From: Blastocladiella emersonii ATCC 22665
Lineage: Eukaryota; Fungi; Blastocladiomycota
NCBI GenBank assembly: GCA_025594325.1
Contig: JANHCV010000004.1
Span: 496,001 to 560,000 of the forward strand
Direction of reading: 5' to 3'
Length of the DNA stretch: 64,000 bases
Shown here: positions 23,156 to 34,542 of the stretch, in pieces
Layout: every line of letters starts with the position of its first letter
How positions within the stretch are numbered: the stretch's first letter is position 1
Program-made: the position numbers and the translations under genes
The notes under the pieces: generated by a model
Database searches by the model: none
Told to the model about the DNA's origin: nothing
The model's input: only the letters and a program-made list of their open reading frames with translations

Positions 23156-25437
23156 ATGAGCACCGACACCGGCGCTCTCGCGTCCCCACCACCACCAGCG
23201 CCACCACCGCCGCAACCCGTCGATGCGCCGCTCCCGCCGTGGCTCGCACACCTGCACGCCCAGCTCGAGAAGCACGAGGAGCAGGGCGCCGGAACCCGCG
23301 AGCTCATTGACGACTGTACGCCGCCATCGCGGAGCGTGCGATGAGTCGGATCTCACACGGCCTCGACAACGCTAGACGGCAAGCTCTTCTCGCAGGCGCT
23401 CTTCCTCGCGCGCACCAACGACGACCTGTCGCGCCGGCGGCACGCCGATCCCGCCCCGCTGTCTGCTCCCGCCGCCGCCGTCGTGCGCGCGCGCTCCGTG
23501 TCGTCGGCATCTGGGGCGTCTCCCGCCGCCGCAGCGTATGCTTCTGGTCTCCCACCGTTTGTCAGCATCGACTGAGCGCATCGCATCGCATCGTAGGATC
23601 CCGCGCAGTGCGTCCGGCTCGATCGCGCCCCCAACCACTTCGGCTGCGGGAGGCAGCGGCGACCCTGCCAACGCCGACCCGCGCGTGGACCAGCTGTGCG
23701 ACCAGCTCGAGCGCACCGAGGTCGAGCGCAACGCCGTCGTGCAAAAGGTCAAGTCGCTCCAGACCCAGCTCGCGCAGCAGGAGCGCACGAGCCGCAAGCT
23801 GACCAACGAGTACGCTTCGCCTCCCGCTGCCTCTACCAACCCCGTCTCACCCTTGCCCTTATCCTAAAGAGTCGGCCGCCTGCGCGACGCCGTCAAGGAC
23901 CTGTCCATCAAGCTGCACGACGCGACGCACCTAGTCAAGACCAAGGACGACACCATCCTGGTCATCCAGGACGAGCTGAACGTCGCCCACCTCGAGCTCA
24001 AGGCCAAGGAAGAACGCCTCGCGTCCCTCGAAAAGGAACACCAGGACCTGCTCGGCCGCTGGCTCGAGTTCAAGGCCAAGCAGGCGACCCGCATCAACGC
24101 CGCCAACGAGATCGAGGAGTCCGCCCTCCCCACCACCGTCATGGGCCGCGCCGTCTCGGCCAAGCTCGGGAACACGTTTCGCGCACTCGGGTCCATGCTC
24201 GGCAGCGCACCTGCGGGCGGCGGTGGTGGAGCGTCGGGAACGGGGTCCGGGTCCGTCACGCCGACGGGACCAAGGTCGGCGTCCGGGATCGACTCGTTGC
24301 CCCCGCCGCGCGTCTCCGAGGCCTACGCTGTCCCGCAGCGCCTCTCCCGGACCATCGTACGATGTTTTCTTCCGCTTTCGCCGACCCGCTCCTGACCCGC
24401 ATCCCGTGTAGGCCGCGCACGACGGCGACATCCTGGCCGTAGCCTCGTCGTATGACGGCGGGTACATTGCGACGGGCGGCGTCGACAACCAGATCAAGCT
24501 GTGGAACCCACTGACGGGGTCACAGACGGCGGTCCTGCCGACCGTGTTCGCGTCGATCCTGTCGCTCGCCTTCTCGCCCATCTCGCACACGCTGGCCGCC
24601 GGGTCCGCCGACAACGCGGTGCGCCTGTACCGCCCGCACGCGCCGGGCTCGCCCACGGGGAACGCCCCGGTCCGCCTCGTACACACGTTCACGGGGCATA
24701 TCGGCAAGGTCACGGGCGTCGCGATCACGGGCCGCGAGGATCTCGTCGTGACGTGCAGCAGCGACCGCACGCTCAAGCTGTGGGACGTGAGCAAGGGGTA
24801 CTGCTCCAAGACCATGTTCGCGTTCTCGGCGTGCACCGACGTCGGCGTCGCCGACTATGCGGCCACCACGCTCGTGTCCGCGCACCTCGACGGGAAACTG
24901 CGCGTGTGGGACTCGGCGAGCGGGAATCTCGGCGCCGAGATCGTGCTCTCCGGGTCGCACGGTGGCGCGGTTGTCGGGGTTCAGGTCAAGGGTACGCCTT
25001 CACCGTACTCTTCTTGCGTAGCTCAACACTGATACCGTGCGTTCGTGTAGACCCGAACACGGTCGTGACGCTGGCGCGCGACCACCAGGTCCGCGTCGTC
25101 GACCTGCGGCAGCAGGCGACGGTGCACACGCTGCAGTCCGAGTTCTTCCGCGTCGGCACCACCAAGCCGGGGATCTCGCCCGGCGGCGGATTCATCGCGG
25201 CCGGCGCCAGCGACGGGTCCGTGTTTGCGTGGGACCTGCGGTCCGCCGAGCAGACGATTCTCACGGGTGGGCACGGGTACGTAGTTTCGGGGGAGATCGG
25301 GGTCGTGGACGGTGAGACTAACAAGAAGGAGATGTGTGTGTAGCGCGCATGTCAACGCCGTCGCGTGGAACGCGAGCGACGGCAGCCAGATGTACTCGGT
25401 CGACAAGTCCGGGCAGCTCGCCATCTGGGCCATGTAA
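23156..25437 (+). CDS. ATG16: Autophagy protein 16, ATG16L1-like (coiled coil plus WD40)
   Basis: Multi-exon. IQDELNVAHLELKAKEERLASLEKEHQDLLGRWLEFKAKQATRINAANE matches the ATG16 domain. WD40 repeats follow (GGVDNQIKLWN, GHIGKVTGV, SSDRTLKLWD). Ends IWAM-TAA. Confidence 0.88.
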
Positions 25438-25487
25438 TCGAGCAATGGATGGTTTGTATAACAACAGCAAATCCCCCCTCTCTCGCC

Positions 25488-28217
25488 TCAACAGTCGGGC
25501 CACGGCAACCCTGCCGCCACAACGTCGCGCACCCCCAACACCACGCCGCGCGCCACGCTCACGGGCACCGTGACCGGTGACAGCAGCACGCGCACCGTCG
25601 TCGCCGCCGTGCCCCGCGCGAACCGTTGCGCCGCGCTCCACAGCTGCCGCGTCGCGGAGCCGCGGGGCGGGTGGGGGTGGAGGCGCGGGCCGAGGCGGAA
25701 GTCGTGATCGTCGTCCTCGTCGAAGTCGAAAGTTGACTGAGGTAGTGGTGTCGGCGCACGCGTAGGCGCCGAAGTGGCAGAGGTACTGCTGCTCGCGGCG
25801 AGGAACATGGCGGCCGCGTCCATGGACAGCTGCCGGTGCGTGCTCGACCGCGGCAGCGGCGCGAGCGCGGTGAACAAGTAGGCCGAGTCGTCGATAAAGC
25901 TCGGTCGCGGCGGGAGGGCGACGGGCGCGGGTGGTAGCTGGTCGACGGGGAGGGAGGCGGGTGGCCGACTCGGCGAGAGGCCCAGCGAGGGGAGGAGGGC
26001 GGGGCTGGATGGTGGGCTCGGTGTGAGGACGAGCGGAGCAGCCTCGAGGTCGGCGGGATCGAGGGCTAGGAGCTCGGCGAGGGGAGGGAGGTCGGTGGAC
26101 GAGGAAGCGGCCGAGACTAGCTTGAGCGTGAGCTGCGTCGTGGCCGGCGACAGCGGTTTCGAGTCCAGCTCGGGCATTACCGTCTCCATGGCCGTCAGTG
26201 AGGGCTCGACGGTCACATCGCATGCGGCGTCGTCGATCTCGACCACAGACTCCACGGGCACCGCCGCAGGAAACTCGATGCGCGCGAATGCCGCCGCCGC
26301 GGCCGCCATCTCCGCGACCGCGTCGCGACCAGGCCCGACGCGATGCGCCCGCTGCATCACGACGCCCACGCACCGCATCCGCACGAGCGCCGGCACCCCG
26401 ACAATCACCTTGCCTGACCTCACCGCATACACGGCAAACGAGCCGGCGTCAACCGCGACCCGGGGCGCCGCCGCCGCAACGCGCCCGACGAGCGAGCACA
26501 CGTTGTCCGCCGCGGCCCTTGTCGCCTCGCGCAGCGCCGGGCGGTCCGGCGACGCGGCAAAGTTGCGCGCGAACAGGAGCCCGACGGGCTCGGGCGCGGC
26601 GTGCGGCTGCGGCGGGGTAAGTGGCGGCGGTGGGGTCGGGCTTGTGGCGCGGGTCGCGTGGACGAGGTTCGTGTCGGTGGAGGCGAGCCAGGGGGATGGA
26701 GAGGTCGCGGTGAACTCGTTGTCGAGGTCGGTGTCAGGCGACTCGGCGAGCCACGGGGACGAGGTTGCGGCGGACTCGTCGTCGTCGTCGAGCGGCTCGG
26801 TCGATTCCTCGCTGGCGCAGACGTCGCCGCTGAGCCGCTCGAACGGACAGTCCTCGCTGCACGGGACGCCGCCGTGCCAGTGGACGGCGCGCGGCGCGGG
26901 CGCGGGGAGGGTGGCAGTGACGGGGCTGACGAGCGCGAGCGGGTCCGCGGCAGGAAGCGTGCGTGGCGGCGCGAAGAGCGGTGACTGGGACATGGCGTCG
27001 ACGGGCTCGAGCGGGCGGAGGACCGCGGTCGCGGCCGTGGCGCCGAGGATCCCGTCGAGGATGTGCGCCGTATCGATAACGCCAGCCCTTGCCGCCGGCC
27101 GCGCGTCGGCGCTGCGCATCGCGGCCTGGCGCCGTCGAAACTCGAGCATGACACGCGCTTTGAGCGCCGCGCGCGTCGTCTCGCGGAGCCGAGCGAGCGC
27201 GAAATCGCGTTCCGCGACGACCTGGGCCGCCTCGTCGGTCGCGGCCTGGAGCTGGGCCTTGATCGACTCGACGGTCGTGTTGAGCCGGCCGACCTCCATG
27301 GCGAGGTCGAGGTCGCGGCGCGACAGCCCGAGCGCGTGGCACGCGTCGGCCTTGACGCGGCCGAGCTCGGCGTGGTACACGGCGTCGCGCTTGGCGAGTT
27401 TCGCGACGCGGTCCTGCAGCATGTACGCGTGCGTCTCGCAGCTGCGCCGGCGCGCTTCCTCGCGGGCGAGCCGGTGCCGCAGCGCGTCGGCTTCGCGGTA
27501 CACGACGTGTCGGTCTAGTGCGAGGTACACGACGTGCGCCATGTCCTTGTTCGTGTCGGCGGTCGTGAAGGCCACGGCGAGGAACTTGTTTAGGTCGCTC
27601 GGCTCAATCTACGCGATGTGTGAATGTCAGTCATCGTCACGGTAGGAGTTGAGGGAAAAAAATCGTACCAGAGGGATCCGTGTCTGGTCGAGAAAGTCTG
27701 ACCCGTCGTCACGCTCCTCGCACTCAGCCGACCCGGTGCCCGCCTCCGCAAACTTGGCGGCGACCTCGTGAAACTCGTCGGCGGACCGCGATCCGCGCAT
27801 GATCCCGAGGATCTTGGCCATGATCTGATCCTCCTTGGTCGCGAGCGTGTCGCGGTCGCGGTCGCGGTCTCGGTCCGCGAGCGTTGAGTCGGACCACGAC
27901 ATGCTCTGGCTGGGCGACACGGACCGCGACCCGGCGGCCGACCCCAGACCCGCTGCGGGGCCGTGTCGCGACGACGCGTACGCCGATGTCGCGACGCTCT
28001 GCGTGTCATCCCGATCGAGATCGAAGAGGAGGTCATCCTCCTCGTCCTCGTCGCTGCCGGTCTCGGCGAGCAGCCCGCCGCGCGACGGCGGGCGGAGGTA
28101 CTCGGACGCCGACTTGGGGAACGCGGGCCCGGTCGTTCCGCGCCGCTGATGGCTGCCCGCGAGACTCGTCGAGCTGCTCGACGGCCGGATTTTGGTGTAC
28201 GGGCTCGGCCCCGCCAT
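25488..28217 (-). CDS. Hypothetical coiled-coil / low-complexity protein, 2 exons
   Basis: Intron 27668-27609 (GTACGA...CTGAC...TAG) fuses ORF 27627-28259 to ORF 25488-27575 in frame (RIPL|IEPSDLNKFLAVAF). Confidence 0.7.
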
Positions 28218-28550
28218 GTACAGCGGTAGGCCGGCTCGCGAAGAGTGTGATCGATGCATGGTGGTTGTCGTTGCTGATGGTGCGGGTATGCATCAAGTAT
28301 GAGCGGCGATCCTGGAGCGCGAGGCTCTGTAACACGACGCGTAGCAACGCGAGGCGCGGGCGGGGTGGCGCGACGCGTGGGTTGGAGACACTTGGAGACG
28401 TCTCCAAATCACGGCGTGGCGCACACGTGCGGTGATGTGCGCGCGCGCGTCTTCTTCTTCTCGGCCTCCCCTCGAGTCTGAGCCACGACGACGGGATTCC
28501 ATGCAGCACGACTTGATGCAACGCCGCCGCGCTCTCCATGTAACCGCTTG

Positions 28551-30682
28551 ATGACCGTGCTGTCCGACATTGCGCTCCTGGGCGTGGCCTCGCTGGGGTT
28601 CGGCGTGCTGGGCTACGCCTTCTGCTCGCAGAAGCTGTTCCGCGACCACGACCTGTCGCGGGCCGCCGCGGTGCTGACGACGCGCGACCGGCGGTGGCAG
28701 CGGACCGCGCTGGTGCAGGCACTGTTCACGTCCACGTTCGTGCTCAGCTGCCTGCTCCTGCTGCTGATCGTGTTCGAGATCGGCGACCTCATGGACAAGT
28801 GGTCGCGGTGGTTCTTCTGGCGGCTCTCGCTCGTCTCGCTGCTCGGCCACGTCATCGTCGCCCTCCCGCTGCTCCAGTGCTACCTGTTCTTCGCCGACAG
28901 CCCGCGCGAGTGGCTGTTCCAGCGCCGGCGGCAGTTGACCGCGGTCACGTACCTCGCGTTCCTGTACGCGTTCTACAAGGTCGGGACGTGGTTCCCGATC
29001 CACAGCACGGCGCAGGAGGCCGGCTGGCTCGATGCCTGGATGGGCCGTGTTGGGGTGATTGGCGTCACGCTCATGGCGGTCCTGTCCGGGTTCGGTGCCA
29101 TCAACTCGCCGTATACGACCATGTCGTATTTCATGCAGTACGGTTCTCTCGTTCCGCATCCCGTGGGACAGGGGATGCTCACTCGGTTCTCGCCACCAGG
29201 TCCGTGAACGACGCCGACATCAAGACGGCCGAGCGCAACTTTGTCCACGCGCTCGACACGCTCATGAACAAGAAGAAGCGGCTGGCTGCCGCGCAGCTCG
29301 CGGCTGCAGGGAGCGCGGGTGCGAATGGTGGCGGTCCCGGGTCGTCTCCACCCGCCCAGCAGGTACGGCTGATCGCGCACCGTTACCTGGTCGGTCTAAC
29401 TCAAGTACGCCGACCGTAGCACATGCGCGGCATCATCCGGCGCGTCTTCCACAAGGTCACGGGCAACGATGACGAGAGTACGTCTCACGCTCGCTTGCCA
29501 CGACGCCGCGTCGCCGACTCACCGCTCAGTACAGACCTCGCGCGTCTCCAGGCCGAGATCGATGGCGAGGAGCAGTTCCTGCGGCAGACGCTCATGGACG
29601 TGGACGAGCTGCACGGAGAGCGCGAGCGGGTGCAGTTCTCCAAGACGTGGAAGGGCCGGTACTGGAACTTTCTCGGCCAGTTCTTTTCCGTGTACTGTGT
29701 GTACAAGATTGTCATGGTACGGTTGGCCGCGCGCGGTCAGGACGTGCGGGGACTGACTTCGCGCGTGTGTAGAGCGTGATCAACATCCTGTTCAACCGCG
29801 TTGGCAAGGTGGACCCGATCACGCACGCGCTCGGGCTCGGGGTGCACCTGCTGGACGTGGAGCTCGACGTCAACTTTTGGGCGCAGCAGCTGTCGTTTGG
29901 GTTTGTCGGGATCCTCATCTTTGTCACGATCCGCGGCCTGCTGCTACAGATCATCAAGGTACGGACTGGGGGTGACCGCGCGGTGGGCACGGTCGGGACT
30001 GACGCAACGCGATTCTAGTTCTTCCGTATGGTGTCGTCGACGACGCTGACGCCCGAGAGCATCGTGGTGCTGCTGGCCGAGATCATGGGCATGTACTTTC
30101 TCAGCACTGTGCTCATGATGCGCATGAACCTGCCGGCCGAGTACCGGTACGCCCTTCCGCTCGCGCTCCCCTCCTTCCGCAAACCTCACACTCGCCGCGC
30201 GCAACAGGCACATCATCACGACGGTCCTGGTCAACATCGAGTTCAACTTCTACCAGCGGTGGTTCGACGTGATCTTCCTGGTCAGCGCGCTGGTCTCGAT
30301 CGCGCTGCTGTACCTGATGCACACGTCGTCGGCCTCGTCCTCGCTCTTCATGCGCGAGGCCGTATCAACTGCCGCGTCGGAGGTTTTGGGTGGTGGCGGC
30401 GGATCGACCGAACTCGGCGCTGGCGCGGGCGGACGCCGCCGATCCTCGCTCGCGGCCGCGTGGGACTGGACGCCCAACTCGAACCCGGGCGGCGGCGGCG
30501 ACGGGTCGGCCGACGGGACCGGGGTCCGGTCGTCGTCGCACCGCAGCGCGCCGGGGACCGCGGGGGCGAGTGCAGCGGGGCCGCCCGGGTCCGCGGTCCA
30601 CGCGTCGAGGCGGTCGATCCTCAGCGACTGGCGCGCACCGGATGTGGATAGCCCGCTCGCGCGGTACTCCAAGTATCAATAG
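28551..30682 (+). CDS. GPR89: Golgi pH regulator / GPR89 family membrane protein
   Basis: Multi-exon. TFVLSCLLLLLIVFEI, RVGVIGVTLMAVLSGFGAINSPY, KTWKGRYWNFLG, LAEIMGMYFLSTVLMMRMNLP and FYQRWFDVIFLVSA. Confidence 0.92.
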
Positions 30683-31019
30683 AATACGTCTATGGTCATC
30701 TCTGAACGTGGGCAGCGGGTGCGGCGCAACGCGTCCCCCGCGGCGGCGGCGGAACGTGGCGAGGCGCGGCGCTCAGGCACACGTGGGCCGCGCCACAACG
30801 ATTTGCCACGCGGCGCGGCGACTTTGGTGAGCGCGGAAAACGTGCGACCCTCGACCCCATCGGCATCGTCGGGAGAAGAGTCACCTCGGAGCGGAGAGCG
30901 GGCGGGAGACGCGAGTGCGGGCATGACTGAGCACGGCGGAGCGGGCGCGCTTCCCATAAGATCGGTCCGCGCGCTCTCGCGCTCTCCTCTCCCGCTCACT
31001 GAAAGCATCTACTCGCACT

Positions 31020-32384
31020 TTGCCACGTATCAAACTACGCTACAACTCGGCGGACTCGGCCCAGATCGTCATCGACACTCGACTGGCCCGACCCGTAACC
31101 CTCGCCGGCCCTCCTCCTCGCGCACATCGCACTCACGCGCGCTCGCACACTCTCGCATCGGCGTATGCACGGCTTCTCGGACAAGCGCCGCCTACTGTCG
31201 TCGCGTACGCATCGGCCACGGCGCTAACGAGGAGTGTGTCTGTGGGACGACTGGCCGCTCACGTGCATGCTCGCCCCGCCCCCATAGCCCGTTCGCCGAC
31301 GACTCGCCTCATTCTTGCTCTCGCGCTCGGCGTCCTCTTCAGCGTCGCCGCGCTCCTCGTCTCGCCCGCCGCCGCGACCCCGACCCCGCGCGACGCGCCC
31401 GCGATCCGGCTCTCGGGCACCGACTTTCTGCACCTGGCCTCGTCCGACCTCGACATGACCGCTGCTGCTGCCGCTGCCGCGGCATCTGTGGCCGCGTCGG
31501 CTGCCGCGTCGACGGCGCAGCGGCACACGCTCGCCTCCACGCTTCGCCGCGCGGCGGACGTGCGGTGCATTGGTCACCGCGGTGTCGCTGCGCTGTACCC
31601 GGAGAACACGCTCCCGTCGCTGCAGGCGGCGCTGGACTCGGGCGCGGACGGGCTCGAGCTCGACATCCGGTTGACGGCCGACGACGTGGTGGTGGTGATG
31701 CACGACCCGGAGCTCGACCGCACGACGACGGGCAAGGGCAGCGTGCGCAACCACACGTGGGCCGAGCTGCAGCAGCTGCGCGGCGTCAAGACGCACCTCG
31801 GGTTCACCGAGTGTTTCGGCCTCGACGCGGGCGATCCAGCGCTGCACCCGGGCGCGGGGCCCGCGACGGCGCCGATCCCGAAGCTCGCGGACGTGTTCGA
31901 CCTGCTGCTCGCGTACCCGCGGCCCGTGACGTGCATCATCGACATCAAGTGGGACAACCCGCTGTCGATCATGACGCACCTGCGGTCGGTCCTCGCGGTC
32001 CCGGCCTACGCGCCGCTGCTCCCGCGCATCACGCTGGGCATCTGGTCGCCGCACTTCATCCCGGCGCTCCCGCCGCGGTCCGTCCCCGTCGTCCGGTCCT
32101 TCATCGGCGCCAACCTCACGCTCGCCCGCATGTGCTCGCGCGCCGTCGATAACTTCTCGCTCGACCTCGACGTGATCCTCGCCAACCAGGACTGGGTCGC
32201 GGCGCGGCGCGCGCGCGGGTACTCGATCAGTGCCTGGACCGTCGACCGGCCCGCGGACCTGCGGACCATCATGGCGACCGGGCTCGTCGACGGCGTCATC
32301 TCCGACTGCGTCGCGCAGTGCGTCGCGGTCCGTGACGAGGCGCGCCGCGAGCTCGTGGTCGAGATGGACAAGCTCAAGCTTTGA
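31020..32384 (+). CDS. Glycerophosphodiester phosphodiesterase (GDPD, PGC1-like)
   Basis: IGHRGVAALYPENTL, GLELDIRLTADDVVVVMHD and WTVD. The first in-frame ATG is 31455, so the true start is unresolved. Confidence 0.88.
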   Translation: MPRIKLRYNSADSAQIVIDTRLARPVTLAGPPPRAHRTHARSHTLASAYARLLGQAPPTVVAYASATALTRSVSVGRLAAHVHARPAPIARSPTTRLILALALGVLFSVAALLVSPAAATPTPRDAPAIRLSGTDFLHLASSDLDMTAAAAAAAASVAASAAASTAQRHTLASTLRRAADVRCIGHRGVAALYPENTLPSLQAALDSGADGLELDIRLTADDVVVVMHDPELDRTTTGKGSVRNHTWAELQQLRGVKTHLGFTECFGLDAGDPALHPGAGPATAPIPKLADVFDLLLAYPRPVTCIIDIKWDNPLSIMTHLRSVLAVPAYAPLLPRITLGIWSPHFIPALPPRSVPVVRSFIGANLTLARMCSRAVDNFSLDLDVILANQDWVAARRARGYSISAWTVDRPADLRTIMATGLVDGVISDCVAQCVAVRDEARRELVVEMDKLKL

Positions 32385-32738
32385 TGGTTGTTGAAAGTTG
32401 CTGTGTATACACTCTCTGACTTGCTCACTCGGCGCTGGGTATGATGTTAAGCGGTGCTACATGCCGAACCACCGCATCTCGCGTGTCCGTTGAGCTCTGA
32501 CGGGTCCGCGGCGGGTCCAGTGAGCGTGAACGGCTCTGCCGATGGCTCCAGCTGGCCGTGCAGCGTCGGCACATCAAGGTCGCGCGTTCGCGCAACGCAA
32601 CGCGAAGCGACGGACGCGTCGCGTTTCAGATCGCGCGTGCGTGCAGCGGCGATCCGGCCGCGTTGGCTTGCGCGTTGGTTGGCCCGCCGGCCTTACGAGC
32701 CCTCCTCGACCCCGCCCTCGCCCCGCTGCGCAACTTGA

Positions 32739-34281
32739 ATGACGACGACGAGTCGCATGCATCGCCGTTCCCTCGCGGCTCCCTCGACGACGCGCGCTTA
32801 CTGCTCCTCCCCGACTCCCCCAACCTCCCAGTTCTGCCATCTCACAGCCCTGATCATGTCGACCACGGACCCCGCCGCCGCCTCGCCCCTGCTCGGTGCA
32901 GAGCCCCCGCCGCCGCCGCCGACCCGGCCAAGCGGTCGGGCGAGGGCAAGCCGGCCGCCCAGCTCGCCGCGCTCTGGGGCCATGAAGAGGTCGTGGCGAT
33001 GCTGATGTCGGCCACGCGCGACGAAGACGGCGACAAGTGCGGCCGCCGCGCCGTCAAGAACGGGCCCGACGTCATGCTGTCCATCACGTTCGCGGGCATC
33101 GGCGCGATTGACCGCGCCGCGTCGTTGCGTGGCGCGGACGGCGACGTCAACTACATGTACTGCGACCCGTGCGCACGCATCGGCGCGTTTGCCGGCGACC
33201 GGGTCCTGTGGCGGGCGCGCGGGAGCGGCGGTGACTCGGACACGGACGCGGCCGGGTTCAGCGAGCAGCCGCTGCGCTACGTGACCCGCGACGAGCTCAT
33301 GGCGCGCGCCACCGCCGACGGCGGCGCCGACTTCGCGCGGTACCCGCCCAGCGCCGCCGACACCCAGCCGCCGCCGCTCCTGGTCTTCCTCGGCCTCGAG
33401 CCCCGGGCGACGCGGTTCTACTTTGCCCTCGACCTGCTCGCCGTTCCCGGCCTCGCCACGCGCGACGCCGTGCTCGCGAGCTTCCATGACGCGCGGCTGG
33501 TGGACCTGCGCACGGCGGCGGCCGCGATGTACGCGGGCGGCGCGCAGTTCGACGCGGGCCTGCTCGCGCACGCGCGCGGGGTGCTCGACTGGAACAAGCG
33601 GCACGGGTTATGCGCGGCGTGCGGCGCGCGCACCGTGTCGCGCGATGCCGGGTACCGCCGCGTGTGCACGAGCCAGCTGGCCGCCGCCAGCCCAGCGGCG
33701 CGGTTCCAGGCCCGCGCGAGTGTCCCGGCGGCAGCGGCGGCGGGCACAACTTCGCGTACCCGCGCACCGACCCCGTCGCCCTGGCGTGAGTGATCCACCC
33801 GGCGGGCGACCGCCTTCTGCTCGGCCGCCGCCCGGGCTCGCCCTGCGCCATGTACACCTGCCCGGCGGCGGGTACCGTGGAGCCCGGCGAGACGCTCGAG
33901 GCCGCCGCGCGCCGCGTGGTGCACGAGCAGACGCGCGTCGACGTCGGTAACGTCGAATACGTCCTGTCGCAGCCGTGGCCCATGCCGCCCGGCTCGCTCG
34001 TGCTCGGGTGCATGGCGCAGGTTGAGAGAGAGTGGATCGCGCCGCCGGATGATGACGGTGAGTTTGTGGATGTGAGATGGGTCACGGCTGACGAGGTGCG
34101 CGGTATGATCGCGGCGTCAGACGCGCGGTTCATGGGCGGCGCAAGTGGCGGCGCGGCGGGAACGGGTGCTGCGTTTGTGCCGCCGGCGAGCAGCACCGCG
34201 GGCAACCTGATCCGCGAGTGGATTGCACGCTGGGCGCCGCCGGCGGGAGGCGGCGGTGTTGAGGGTCATGCGCGCATGTAA
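32739..34281 (+). pseudogene. Disrupted NAD(H) pyrophosphatase (NPY1/NUDT12/NudC) with ankyrin-like N-terminus
   Basis: Homology (ankyrin-like LAALWGH, zinc-ribbon Cys residues, HNFAYPRTDP, SQPWP) is split over three frames. Shifts occur near 32900 and 33700. In-frame TGA at 33787-33789. The Nudix box is degenerate (ARRVVHEQ instead of RExxEE). Confidence 0.75.
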
Positions 34282-34542
34282 ACGCGCGCGAAAGCGAAGG
34301 TGCAGGCGCAGGTCATACACCTGAGAGTGTTCTTTGAACTCAAGATTGGCGAGCACGTCGCGCCGAGCCCGCGTCGTGAACAAAGCCTCGAGAGTCAGGC
34401 GCGGATGAGCGACGCGTCAACGGCACTCCGATCATGTCAAGCATCACAAGTATCGATCGAGGCGTTCACTCAGAGAAAAAAGCATTGAGACAGGCGGATA
34501 ATGAAGAAGAAAACGCGATTACGCGTTGCTATATAGAGAAAT

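Noticed and set aside
6633-30682. A phytohormone-receptor cluster (ETR plus GPR89, the homolog of plant GTG ABA receptors)
   Set aside because: GPR89 is a near-universal Golgi protein lying about 18 kb away among unrelated genes.
33652-33709. An intron to repair the NPY1 frameshift, or GTGAGT at 33786 as a donor
   Set aside because: Candidate introns have the wrong phase or delete a zinc-ligand Cys. The sequence after GTGAGT is clearly homologous coding sequence.
33787-33789. Selenocysteine or genome-wide UGA recoding to explain the in-frame TGAs
   Set aside because: The NPY1 TGA does not align with a Cys, and that gene also has frameshifts. Many intact genes here (ABC1, ETR, COQ10, DPM2, RNF34-like) end in TGA.
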